From Armatimonadota bacterium (GTDB lineage Bacteria > Armatimonadota > UBA5829 > DTLH01): a DNA stretch of 64,000 nucleotides. Under the pieces are notes generated by a model. The model was not told the origin of the DNA. It ran no database searches and saw nothing but the letters and a program-made list of their open reading frames with translations. Positions 29,101 through 38,900 of the stretch are shown one piece after another (position 1 is the stretch's first letter; each line of letters opens with the position of its first letter). Where the stretch lies: assembly GCA_038207085.1 (NCBI GenBank), contig JBBRAE010000010.1, positions 1 through 64,000 on the forward strand, in the 5' to 3' direction. Both the position numbers and the translations under genes were made by a program.

Positions 29101-30297
29101 TGTCGCTCCGACTGTGATGCAGTTCTTGGCCGTCCCCGGAGAGTAGAGCGCACTGAGGTCGGTTATGCCGTCCTTGTTTGCGTCGCGGGCGTCATTTCCG
29201 GCGGCGAACAGGACGACAAAGTCCTTGTGGTTCCAGCAGAACTCATCCACCTGCTGGGAGTACATCGAGTATTGACCAGATCCCGGAGTGCCCCAACTGT
29301 TGCTGTGGATCCGTGCGCCGTCGTCATAGGCAGGAGAAAACAGGGTGGCGAGGTTGAGCGGCGGGTAGATAAAGCCGTTTGCGTCGCCGATCGACTGCAT
29401 CACCAAGCCAGACTCCGGGGCGACGCCCGCGTAGGAGCCCGTGTAGGAATGGCTCGCGGGGTTGCTCCCCGAAAGCACGCCGGAGCCTGCGGCGATACCC
29501 GAGACATGTGTGCCATGTCCGTGGGGGTCGCCCCAGTCGGTCCGGCGCATCGCGTAGCCGTTCACCAGCCTGCCTGAGAAGTCGGCGGACAGGGTCCCGT
29601 CGCTTCCTGTGTCGAGCCCGGTGTCGGACACCGCGATGATCTGTCCCTCGCCATAGAACCCGGCACGGGTGCGAAACTCGGGAAGACCGACGAGTCCCTG
29701 GGCGACGTTGTTTGCGAGCTTGGGCTGTTTCCATTCTTCGATCCACTCCACGCTTTCGATTGCGGAGAGGCTCGCAAGCAGGCTGGTCGGAACAATGGCG
29801 CGGATGTAGGAGTCTGTCAGTTCGGATTTTCTAAATATCACGCCTCCCCCTAAACGGATCACCCGCTCAAGAGTGGCAGAAAGTTCGCCGTCAAAGAGTC
29901 TGATCACCACATCAGAGTAATCCCGCCGGGTCGCGCGCAGCCCCGAGTCTATACGCCTCTCAGGCGCGAGCTTATCGACAAAGCTCACAAAGTCGAGCTT
30001 GTGAACCCGTTTCGCCTGCGCGCGCGTCATCTTGACCACAAAGGCGTACTCCGGCACGTACTCGCCGATCTCCGCACCTTCGCCTGTGACGGCGGACTTC
30101 CACTCGTCGCTGACCGGCCCGTTGAACTGGACGATATAGTAGCGCGGTTTGTCGACGCCAACAGCAGTCGAGTCGGTCGAGAACTTCGCCTTGGGTGCGG
30201 GTTCGATCTCGCCGGTCCTCAGTCGAATCGGCGCTGCGAAGGCTGTGGCCGACGCGGCAACAAGAACAAGCAGGGTGGCAAGAATTCTTCTTCTCAT
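26173..30297 (-). CDS. Secreted S8 subtilase (Kp43-like) with prodomain, carboxypeptidase-regulatory-like and CUB-like modules, and the shared C-terminal domain
   Basis: Catalytic triad motifs SDTG, HGTH and GTSMS; also FAAGN, TAKNCITVGA, DGRIKPD and C-terminal GLNNIGMLV. Confidence 0.93.
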   Translation of the reverse strand: MRRRILATLLVLVAASATAFAAPIRLRTGEIEPAPKAKFSTDSTAVGVDKPRYYIVQFNGPVSDEWKSAVTGEGAEIGEYVPEYAFVVKMTRAQAKRVHKLDFVSFVDKLAPERRIDSGLRATRRDYSDVVIRLFDGELSATLERVIRLGGGVIFRKSELTDSYIRAIVPTSLLASLSAIESVEWIEEWKQPKLANNVAQGLVGLPEFRTRAGFYGEGQIIAVSDTGLDTGSDGTLSADFSGRLVNGYAMRRTDWGDPHGHGTHVSGIAAGSGVLSGSNPASHSYTGSYAGVAPESGLVMQSIGDANGFIYPPLNLATLFSPAYDDGARIHSNSWGTPGSGQYSMYSQQVDEFCWNHKDFVVLFAAGNDARDANKDGITDLSALYSPGTAKNCITVGATESVRQTGGKIATYGGVSGWPDDFSSDPIRTDYISDTPSSADRGRGMVAWSGRGPCQDGRIKPDICAPGTNIASARSHIALTTGWGAINSNYMYWGGTSMSTPMVAGAAALVREYYMKSRGSQPSAALIKATLLNGAKDIFPGQYGSGTKKEIPFSRPNNVEGWGLLNFASNPVPTLPRVLASADEVAGISTGGSRTYVYNVLGSAEPLAVTLVWTDPAPSTLSGKQLVNNLDLTVTGPTGTLYRGNGTSDNTNNVESVDIASPVSGSYTVTVSGTNVPSGPQPFALAISGMLPSGYGAGTVTTASGAPVQGATITATGSEGSQTISTGASGSYTMPLSPGTYTITPSKTGWTFDPTSREITVTENPVTGVDFVGTGQPGSVSGTITQAVGGRVGYILETEHPYSDAAPIVYTITGHPGASQIRVHFEEIALLNNTDLGHIDYLYVETPDGTIVNTYTGDASDVWSNWVSGNTLKVVLVPDASYVGPGFWGFYISGYETNTIANGPLAGVTVTAEPGGHSAVTQADGTYSFAGLEPVTYTVAPALAHWIFNPDIRTVSVPSGGATGGVDFLASPPGSVSGTVTSSACVQQSILVQSTHPYANNATIPYAVQAPVGAPSVRVHFSSLLVESGFDYVYVLDGNDNVVDEITGDLVDMWSSWIPGDHLTVQLASDEMDNDYGFVCDKIEYLSGQHPVAGINVAVSGISASARTGVDGTYLVSEVDEGKHVVTAAKPYWTFNPLSKTVNVVRGIGTQGVNFAGLLGVMPSPGPMPSLAYVKTLGDNEEVSLAGKVVSGGVEDFGNHFYIQETDRSSGIRVVSTENMTRGKVVTLQGTIGTAPNGERQITPFTLTAASTLGTVPKPLGMTVRTLGGGGLFDAATGAGQRGIPGGVGLNNIGMLVRVVGLVTKATALYFYIDDGSGAQDNSPYKGVRIDCENVLSPNEGQFVAVTGISSLISSGGQFYRTVRPRDIWDMDLM

Positions 30298-30550
30298 TGT
30301 AGTTTCATCCTGTTCTCAAATATTGTGGTGCTGATCGATGGCGCTTGTTCCGCCTTCTTTGCGAGGCGTTCCTCGCCGTCCGAGCTTCTGGCTCAGCCAT
30401 AAGGGGATTTTACCCCCTTTTGTAGTATGCCAAGCAAGCGAGCAAGAGTCAACCGGCAATTGTGCCGGTATGGGGCCTATAGCAGTGCCGGGTTAAGAAC
30501 ACAAATATTCATTACAGACATATTTCTTCTCTTTTTGCAGCAAGTAACAC

Positions 30551-30580
30551 TTGACAAACACATGCAGTCAGGCATAGAAT
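30551..30580 (+). promoter_or_regulatory. Candidate sigma70 promoter for 31069-35577
   Basis: TTGACA-18 nt-TAGAAT. Confidence 0.55.
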
Positions 30581-31068
30581 GCTGTAACTATTACCGGGTA
30601 TTGGAGCACCCTACGACCTTGGCGCTAACTTCTCATCAAACGTGAATATTTAGTGACGTTTTAGCAAAATGAGAAAATGCAAACAGGGTCCAAATTAAGT
30701 TTAAGGTGAGCAGCAGGCGGGTAAGACCGTCCCGATGGCAGGATGCCAGCGGTATTAGTGGGCTGGAGACCTCCGCAGTATAAGCGGAGGCTTAAAAGGG
30801 TTTCGCATGTACGTGCACGTGCGCACCCGAATCAATCAGAGCGCAGGCCAGACAAACCGAGCGTTCCAGGGGCTACCGAGGATAAGCCGCGCGAACAATC
30901 CGCGCGCACACCTCTTTCACCTCTCGCACTAAGACAAGCCATGGATGGCGGCTGAGTCTCAATATTTTTGCCCTCGTTGCGGGCGGACACAAAGTTGAGA
31001 CCAACGGCACGTCAGTACAAACAAACATTTCCACAATCTTCGAGATCCGGAGGAAAGGAAGGACTGGA

Positions 31069-34000
31069 ATGAAAGCGCTAGACTTTCGCATGGCGGTGGT
31101 GGCACTTGTCTTTGTGACAATACTCACTGCCGCCAGCGGCGCACTCGCCAACACTTTAACTCTTACAGGGGACATCGACACCGATTTCCTCGGTAAACCG
31201 GGCGTGATCATCAAAGATGGCACGTTCTTCCAACCAAATTATACCAACGGAGGCGCTCCGTTGGCAGCCTTCAGGCCAAACGGAAGCCGCCTGATTGCAG
31301 AGGGGACACAAGTCCCATCAGGTTTTCACGTCAGTAGAGTCGCGGTAAACTACGACTGCAAGACCGACACCGTGTACGTTGGTTTTGATGTGTCAAACCC
31401 GACACTCGACGCTACTCCGTTGCCCACCGGGGAGATATCCCGGGCATGGGACGCGGACGGCGATGGTGACCCTTGCACTGTCACCAACAGCATGTTGAAC
31501 GACACAGGCGAAATTGACACGGGTCTGCCGGGAAACGACGACATTCCGACAGCTGACCGAATCGAACTGAGCGAGAAGTACATTCTATTCCTCAAGTTTG
31601 GAGGACTGAATGTTACACTCAGGACCTACGACGACGGCACATCAATCGCGGATGACGCAGTATCTCCCAACTTCCTTCACAAGCACTACGGCAACCCGTG
31701 TCCAGAGAGCCCAATCATCCACGCGACACTGAGCGCCGTCAATGGAGGCGTGATATCGCTTCCGGGCAAGGGCGTAGACTTTGACGTAGTCTACGTCAAC
31801 TCTGGCAAAGCCAACTATGACACACATCGCGACATTGAGTTCGTGATCAAGGGGCTGAAAAACGTGGTACCTGCAGGCACCAACCTACAAACGCTCTGCA
31901 GTATGAACCTGTCGACCTTCACCGACAGCGACTACGACGCATCCAGTGAAGCGAGCCTCGATTGGAAGACTTTCGACTTCGTGAGCACAGCAGCTCCAGT
32001 CGTGACCTGCGAGAAGAGTGTGGATACCCCACAGCTCAGCTCACTCCCGGCTACCGTCACCTATACACTCAAGGCGACGAACGAGAGCCCCGACGGCACG
32101 AACGAGAACATCACCATCTTCGACCCCGACCTCGGCGTCGACCAGACATTCACAGGCGTCGCCAAGGGCCAGACCAAGACCGTCACGGTTCAGAAGACCT
32201 TTGGGGCCGAGTTCTGCGGCAGCGCACCTTTTGTCAACACGATGTACGTGAGCGCAGTCCCCGCCGACTGCTGCTCGACAGGAGCCGCAACATCATCGTG
32301 CTCTGCCACCGTCACACCTCCACCGCCCGCGAACGTAAGCGTGAGCTGCACCAAGGTGGCCGACAAGACTAAGCTCTGCCAACTGCCGGACACCGTTAAG
32401 TATACGATCACGGCGCGAAACACTAGCTCCACTGACACTACGGTCACGATGAGGGTAGTCGACGCGAAGCTTGGAGTCGACCAGACATTCACAGGAGTCA
32501 AGCCGGGAGATGTTAAGACCATTGAGGTCAATAAGACTTTCGGAACCGACTTCTGCGGAAGCGACCCATACGTAAACACTGTAACGGTCTCTGCCACAGC
32601 CGAAGGATGGGCCTGCGGAGTCACCTCTGCTACATCGGCATGCACCGCGACAGTCAACCCGCCCGACCTTGCAAAAGTGAAGGTGAGCTGCACCAAAGTC
32701 GCAGACGCGGCAAGGCTCTGCACGCTCCCAACTACGGTGACCTACACAATTACCGCCAAAAACGACAGCGAGACCGACACGCCCGTCAAACTCTGCATTA
32801 TAGACCCGCAACTTGGGGTCAACCAGTGCTTTGACAACGTCGTTAAGGGCGAGACCAAAACGCTTCAGGTGCAGAAGGTCTTTGGAACCGACTTCTGCGG
32901 AAGCGATCCGTTCGTCAACACTGTAACGGTGTCTGCAACTGCTCTGGGATGCGTCTGCGGAACCACATCGGCGACATCGTCCTGCACGACTACAATCAGC
33001 TCGCCTGAGATCGCAAAAGTCGTGGTGAGCTGCAGCAAGGTGGCCGACAAGACCACACTTTGCAGACTTCCTGATACGGTGACCTACACGCTCACCGCAA
33101 CCAACAATTCCATCACCGAAACGCCGGTCACACTCTGTATCATCGACCCGGCGCTCGGCATCAACCAGTGCTTCACCGCAGTAGCCAAGGGACAGAGCAG
33201 AAGCCTGCAGGTCCAAAAGACCTTCGGGACCGACTTCTGCGGAAGCGACCCGTTCGTCAACACCATGACCGCATCCGGCGCCGCTGAGGGCTGCGGCTGC
33301 GGAACAGTGACGGCGATATCCACATGCTCGGCATCGGTCGCACCGCCGCCCACGGCAAACGTCCAGATAACATGCCTCAAAACGGTCGACAAGCCGAAGC
33401 TCTGCAGGCTGCCGGAATCGGTGACCTACACTCTGTCGGCGACCAACGTCAGCCCGACCAACACACCGGTCACACTCGTGATAAGCGATCCCATCCTCGG
33501 GGTCAACCAGACATTCACCGGCGTCGCCAAGGGACAGACCAAGACGGTCACAGTCCAAAAGACGTTCGGAGTCGACTTCTGCGGAAGCGCGCCGTTCCTG
33601 AACACCATGACCGCATCCGCTGGCGCTGAAGGCTGCGTCTGCGGAACACTGACCGCCGTAAGCACATGCACGACAAAGGTAGAAGCGCCTGACACAGTGA
33701 TCCCCAAGGTCACCTGCCTTAAGACGGTCGACAAGGTCAAGCTGTGCACGCTGCCTGACACCGTGACCTATACGCTGCAGGCAACAAACGACAGCGAGAC
33801 GAACACGGCTCTTACGCTTCGCATCGTCGACACCAAGCTCGGCGTCGACCAGACCTTCACCGGCGTCGCCAAGGGACAGACCAAGACGGTCACAGTCCAA
33901 AAGACGTTCGGAGCCGACTTCTGCGGAAGCGCACCGTTCCTGAACACCATGACCGTCAGCGGAACGGTTGAAGGCTGCGGCTGCGGAACGCTTACGGCCA

Positions 34001-35577
34001 CATCATCGTGCTCGGCAAGCGTAGGTCCGCCCGACACCGTCAAAGTAGATGTCAGCTGCAGCAAACTCGTCGACAAACCGAGTATCTGCGAGCTTCCGGC
34101 GACTGTCGTTTACCAGCTCTCTGCTATGAACACCGGTGACACGACGGTCTCGATGCAGATCTACGACGCGGCGCTTGGGATCAACCAGATCTTCACCGGA
34201 GTCAAACCCGGCGAAACCAAGTCCGTGACAGCCCAGAAGACCTTCGGAGTCGAGTTCTGCGGAAGCGACCCGATCATCAACACGATGCAGGTGTCGGCTG
34301 TGGCCGAAGGCGGATGCGTCTGCGGAACCACCTCAGCGACATCGGCCTGCACCGCGACGGTCACGCTCCCGAGAACGAGCCTACTGACCTGCTCGGGACT
34401 CATCAACGGACAGGAGGAGATACACCTCCTCAAGTCCGACCTGCCGACGACTCTGCACTATCAGTTCCAGCTCTGTAACACAGGTCAGGTGAGTCTGGAC
34501 TGCGAGCTTGAGCTGCCCAACGTTCCCTCGGGAACTATATTCGACACCCCGGGCGACGCTGACGGCAAATGGCGCTACACCCTGGCCGCGGGCGAATGCA
34601 AGACCATCCTCGGCGAGATATTCGTCACCCCCGATATGGTGCCCTGTCCGGGCCAGATCGAGTGGAACACGCCGATGATCATCACAGCTGAACCGTCACA
34701 GGGCGAGTGCGCTTGTCCGGTAGTGATGACGGATTCGTGCAGCCCGGTTGTTACCATCGGCTGTCCAGGGCTTTCTCAGGCATATCCTGCGACAAGCCTC
34801 GGTAAGGATGCCTCGTTTGTGGGTTACCAGGGCAGAGGCGGAGATGTCATCAACGCTATCGGTGGCATATTCAGCATCGTCCCGGGTAACAAGTGGAGCA
34901 ACTTCATCAAGGCTGCGCGCGACGGTTGGGCCGGCGGCTACACTGTCAAGAACATAGTATTGAGGAAAGAGACTCCTGAGTTCATCCAGTGCAACGAGGT
35001 CTACAAGCCTCGGAAGGTCGTCCAGCAGGGAACGGTAAACATCCGCACCTGGTGGCCGCTTATGTATGAGGCTCCGGGAACCCAGTGGACGTTGACCATC
35101 CTTTACGGAACCGGTCAAGTCCGGGTCGGACCGAACGTAAACGACGTAACCAACTACGACTACGACGGCACAGGCCCACTGCCTGCGGCGACAGTTCACA
35201 CCGACACCTGGGACTGGAAGGTCGACGCTGACCTCAGCACTCTGGGCAGGCTCCTTGACCTGTTCCACGAGATTCCGTTCGGGATGGACGAAGTCCCGCT
35301 GATCTCGGATGAGGTTCTCTACCCCGCACTGAAAGCTAAGCTTGCGGAGGTCGAGGCTTTCGTCAGGACCAACAACACCGCCGAAGCCGGGCTCGCCTTT
35401 GGTGAGTTCGAGCTTATGGTGGAGGATGCATGCATTTCCTCCTCGCCGGTGCTGCCGTATCCCACCAACAACGGGACGGGAATCGCACAGTCAAGCGAGA
35501 ACCCGGCCTGCTGCAAGATACTGATCGACGTGGAGTATATTGCAAAGAAGCTGGGATTGTTCGTAACAGGTAAGTAA
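31069..35577 (+). CDS. Large secreted protein with 7 (plus 1 degenerate) Cys-rich DUF11-like repeats and a C-terminal NIRTWWPL domain (paralog 3)
   Basis: Signal peptide and ~113-aa repeats CxKxxD...LCxLPxTVTYTxxAxN...FCGSxPFxNT...CxCG...C. The last ~270 aa are homologous to paralogs 1 and 2. Confidence 0.9.
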   Translation: MKALDFRMAVVALVFVTILTAASGALANTLTLTGDIDTDFLGKPGVIIKDGTFFQPNYTNGGAPLAAFRPNGSRLIAEGTQVPSGFHVSRVAVNYDCKTDTVYVGFDVSNPTLDATPLPTGEISRAWDADGDGDPCTVTNSMLNDTGEIDTGLPGNDDIPTADRIELSEKYILFLKFGGLNVTLRTYDDGTSIADDAVSPNFLHKHYGNPCPESPIIHATLSAVNGGVISLPGKGVDFDVVYVNSGKANYDTHRDIEFVIKGLKNVVPAGTNLQTLCSMNLSTFTDSDYDASSEASLDWKTFDFVSTAAPVVTCEKSVDTPQLSSLPATVTYTLKATNESPDGTNENITIFDPDLGVDQTFTGVAKGQTKTVTVQKTFGAEFCGSAPFVNTMYVSAVPADCCSTGAATSSCSATVTPPPPANVSVSCTKVADKTKLCQLPDTVKYTITARNTSSTDTTVTMRVVDAKLGVDQTFTGVKPGDVKTIEVNKTFGTDFCGSDPYVNTVTVSATAEGWACGVTSATSACTATVNPPDLAKVKVSCTKVADAARLCTLPTTVTYTITAKNDSETDTPVKLCIIDPQLGVNQCFDNVVKGETKTLQVQKVFGTDFCGSDPFVNTVTVSATALGCVCGTTSATSSCTTTISSPEIAKVVVSCSKVADKTTLCRLPDTVTYTLTATNNSITETPVTLCIIDPALGINQCFTAVAKGQSRSLQVQKTFGTDFCGSDPFVNTMTASGAAEGCGCGTVTAISTCSASVAPPPTANVQITCLKTVDKPKLCRLPESVTYTLSATNVSPTNTPVTLVISDPILGVNQTFTGVAKGQTKTVTVQKTFGVDFCGSAPFLNTMTASAGAEGCVCGTLTAVSTCTTKVEAPDTVIPKVTCLKTVDKVKLCTLPDTVTYTLQATNDSETNTALTLRIVDTKLGVDQTFTGVAKGQTKTVTVQKTFGADFCGSAPFLNTMTVSGTVEGCGCGTLTATSSCSASVGPPDTVKVDVSCSKLVDKPSICELPATVVYQLSAMNTGDTTVSMQIYDAALGINQIFTGVKPGETKSVTAQKTFGVEFCGSDPIINTMQVSAVAEGGCVCGTTSATSACTATVTLPRTSLLTCSGLINGQEEIHLLKSDLPTTLHYQFQLCNTGQVSLDCELELPNVPSGTIFDTPGDADGKWRYTLAAGECKTILGEIFVTPDMVPCPGQIEWNTPMIITAEPSQGECACPVVMTDSCSPVVTIGCPGLSQAYPATSLGKDASFVGYQGRGGDVINAIGGIFSIVPGNKWSNFIKAARDGWAGGYTVKNIVLRKETPEFIQCNEVYKPRKVVQQGTVNIRTWWPLMYEAPGTQWTLTILYGTGQVRVGPNVNDVTNYDYDGTGPLPAATVHTDTWDWKVDADLSTLGRLLDLFHEIPFGMDEVPLISDEVLYPALKAKLAEVEAFVRTNNTAEAGLAFGEFELMVEDACISSSPVLPYPTNNGTGIAQSSENPACCKILIDVEYIAKKLGLFVTGK

Positions 35578-35622
35578 GCTACGGCGCGGCCCGGATCAAC
35601 GATGCTCCCTGCCGCACACCAC

Positions 35623-35651
35623 AGGGCCCCGAGAAATCGGGGCCCCTTTTA
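35623..35651 (+). terminator. Intrinsic terminator
   Basis: GGGCCCCGA-GAAA-TCGGGGCCC followed by TTTT. Confidence 0.85.
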
Positions 35652-35994
35652 GTTTATAGACCCCATAAAACCCCACCCATCGAGCAGTGAGGTATGGATT
35701 GCGGCGGGCGAGCGCCGCTTTCACGGATGATCCGACAGACGCAGACTGTATGCTGCGCGAACACCTCATACCGCAGACTGACGGCCTGCGCTCACCCGAG
35801 TTCCCGCAGCCCACACATCTTCTCAGCTTGCGATAAGCGCCCCATCTGGGCCTTCGGTAGTAATGGACAACTGTCCCGTCAGGTCCTGTTTCTTCAAGGA
35901 CGGCGGGAACTCCTCCTGTTATGTCAATAGACAAAGCAGAGGCCCCGGAAGTGTTCTTCCCGGGGCCCAATTTGCATTCGGATGGATAGTTCGG

Positions 35995-38900
35995 CTACTT
36001 GGTGAACACCCCAATACCGGACTTGCTGTCGGCGGTCACTATCAGATCGCCGCCCACTGCGATGTCCTGGCAGGATCCGGGGCCGTTGTAGGTCCCGACT
36101 ATCCTCGGCATCTCGATGTTCTCGATGTCGAGCACCTTCATCCCCATTCCCCCGCCCGCGATGTAGAGGAAATCCCCCTGCAGCACGCACGACTGAGGAA
36201 GGGTGTTGATCAGGCCAGTCTGATACTGCGCGACGATCCTCATAGCCGAGGGGTTGGCAATGTCTACCACAAACATCCCGCTTGCGTCAGCCGAGAGAAA
36301 CGCGTAGCCACCGGAGATGGTCACGTCAAAGGCTCCGTTGCAGGGATAGATCACGCCAAGCACTCTTGGAGAAGAGGGCACCGATATGTCCACTGAGACC
36401 AGGCTCACTGGGTAGCTTGTCGTAACATAAGCCGTGTTCCCTGAGACTGCGGCCTTCCAGGCTGTCCCCACAAGCTGGGTGTTTCCCAAAAGGCGGGGCG
36501 CGTAGGGGTTGGAGATATCTACTACAGAGACCCCTTTGGTCGCATCGGCTATAACGGCTCTGTTGCCTGACACCGCCACTCCGTAGGCTGAGCCTGGAGT
36601 GATCACAGTGCTTGTGACGTATGCGCTGTAGGGGTTGGTGATATCCACCACCTTCAGGTCACCACCTGAGGCAAGATAGGCGAAGTTGCCAGAGGTCGCT
36701 ACGTCCGAAGAGCGTTCGGTGAAGGTCTTGGCGACCCTCGGATAGTCCGGCGTCGAAAGGTCGATGATCTCGGTCCCCCGAGTCGTCCCCGCGATTACCG
36801 CGGCGTTTGCGCTCGTAGAGTAGCCGATCTTGTAAGCGTTCGATGTCTGGACCGCACTACCGACAGGTGACAGGCTCGCGATGTTGGACAGGTCTGAGAT
36901 AAACAGCCCCATCCCAAAGCTCGCCGTGTACAGCTTGCCGTTCTTCACGTCGCACCCGTTCGGCAGGCAGCGCACCTGACTTGTGTCGTACTGCGCGACG
37001 ATCCTCATAGCCGAGGGGTTGGCAATGTCTACCACAAACATCCCACTTGCGTCAGCTGAAAGAAACGCGTAGCCACCGGAGAGAGTCACGTCAAAGGCTC
37101 CGTTGCAGGGATAGATCACACCAAGCACTCTTGGAGAAGAGGGCACCGATATGTCCACTGAGACCAGGCTCACTGGGTAGCTTGTCGTGACATAAGCCGT
37201 ATTCCCTGAAACTGCGGCCTTCCAGGCTGTACCTGTGAGCTGCACGTTTCCCAAGAGACAGGGCGCATAGGGGTTGGTGATATCTACTACAGAGACCCCT
37301 TTGGTAGCGTCAGCTATAACGGCTCTGTTGCCTGACACCGCCACTCCGTAGGCTGAGCCTGGAGTAATCACAGTGCTTGTGACGTACGCGCTGTAGGGGT
37401 TGGTGATATCAACCACCTTCAGGTCACCACCTGAGGCAAGATAGGCGAAGTTACCAGAGGTCGCTACATCAACCGCGTTGCCGCTGATTGAGGTAGCCAC
37501 CCGCGGGTAAACGGGGTCGCGCACGTCGACGATATCGGTTCCCCGAGGAGTGCCGACCGCAACAGCGACTCCACCGGACACTGCGATCTGCGAGGCCGGT
37601 CCCGCCGGGTGCTGAGAGCCGATCACATAGGGCGCGGCGGGGTTGGTAACGTCCACAACGACCACACCAAACGGGTCGGAGGCGACATATGCCATGGTTC
37701 CTGCAACCGTCACGTCGCCGATGGAACCAAGATCGCTTAAGAAACCGACAAGCTCAGGGTTTGGAAGCGGCTTGGAAAGCGTCTGCACCGGAAGGGTGTT
37801 CGAGTAGTCCGAAACCGAGCCGATCGCCTTCACCCTATACTCATAGTAACTGTCATGAACGCATGTCTTGTCGGAGTAAGCCGTGGTGTTTGCAGGCAGA
37901 GTCACAAGGACCGACCAAACACCGGCCACGCTGCGTTCCAGTACAATGTTGGTCTCCATCACCGAGTTATCGACCCACGCAAGGTCAATCTCAGTGTCGG
38001 AAATGTGCGTCGCGGTGAGGTTCGACGGCGCTTTCAGCTTGGTCGTGCCGAAAGTCTCGGACGCAGATGAGCTGCCAAGCGAGTTGTAAGCCGAAACCCG
38101 GTAGTAGTAGGTCGTGTCCTCAAAAAGCCCCGCGTTTGAGTAGCTCGGAGAGGTCACAAGCGCGATCTGGGAATAAGGCCCCAAAGCGGCGCTTGCCCTC
38201 TCGATCTTGTAGCCGTCGATGCTCGCCTGCACCGGGTTCCAGACCAGGTTGAGCGAGTATTCGGTGCGGCTTATGACCGTGAGCCCCGCAGGAGCCGGAA
38301 TAGCGGTATTCGCTCCGACGACGTTGGAATACGCCGAGTCACCGGTCGAGTTGTGTGCTTTTACTCTGTAGAAATAGCTCGCGGGAGCGGCCCGGCCGGT
38401 GTCCGACCACGATACCGTTCCAGCGCCAAGAGTCGCGACCTCGACAAAAGGCCCACTCACTGAAGATGAGCGTTCGACCCTGTAATCGGACTCGTTGGTC
38501 GCGTTGTCGGCCCAGGCGAGGTTGATCTGGCCTGCTGAGACGGCCACGGCAGAGAGCGCAGTTGGGCCAGCCGGAAGCGGGATCTTGGTCATCGCGCTCG
38601 CGGTGTTGGAGTAAGGCGAGTTGCCGCCGCTGTTGTAGGCGCAGACCCTGTAGTAGTAGGTCGTCCCAGCGACAAGACCTGAATTGGTCCACTCCGAAGT
38701 GTTCGCGCCGACGTTTGCGACCTCGACAAACGGGCCGGAGGCGCTGGCGCTTCGCTCGATCTTCATCCCCATCTCTCCAACCGCCCCATCAAACCACGCA
38801 AGCTTGATCTCGCTTGTGGAAAGCGGGGTTGCGACAAGTGAGCTCGGCGTGATCGGCGCAGGAGTTATAGTCGAGACAGTCACAGTGTTTGAATAGTCGG

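Noticed and set aside
32293..33900. Long antisense or alternate-frame ORFs (e.g. 32293-33900, 46519-47601, 10707-11648, 54799-55671)
   Set aside because: These are shadow ORFs of well-supported GC-rich genes on the opposite strand.
36224..37470. Diversity-generating retroelement TR/VR pair
   Set aside because: Both copies are in frame within one gene, the differences are mostly synonymous and not adenine-specific, and no reverse transcriptase is present.
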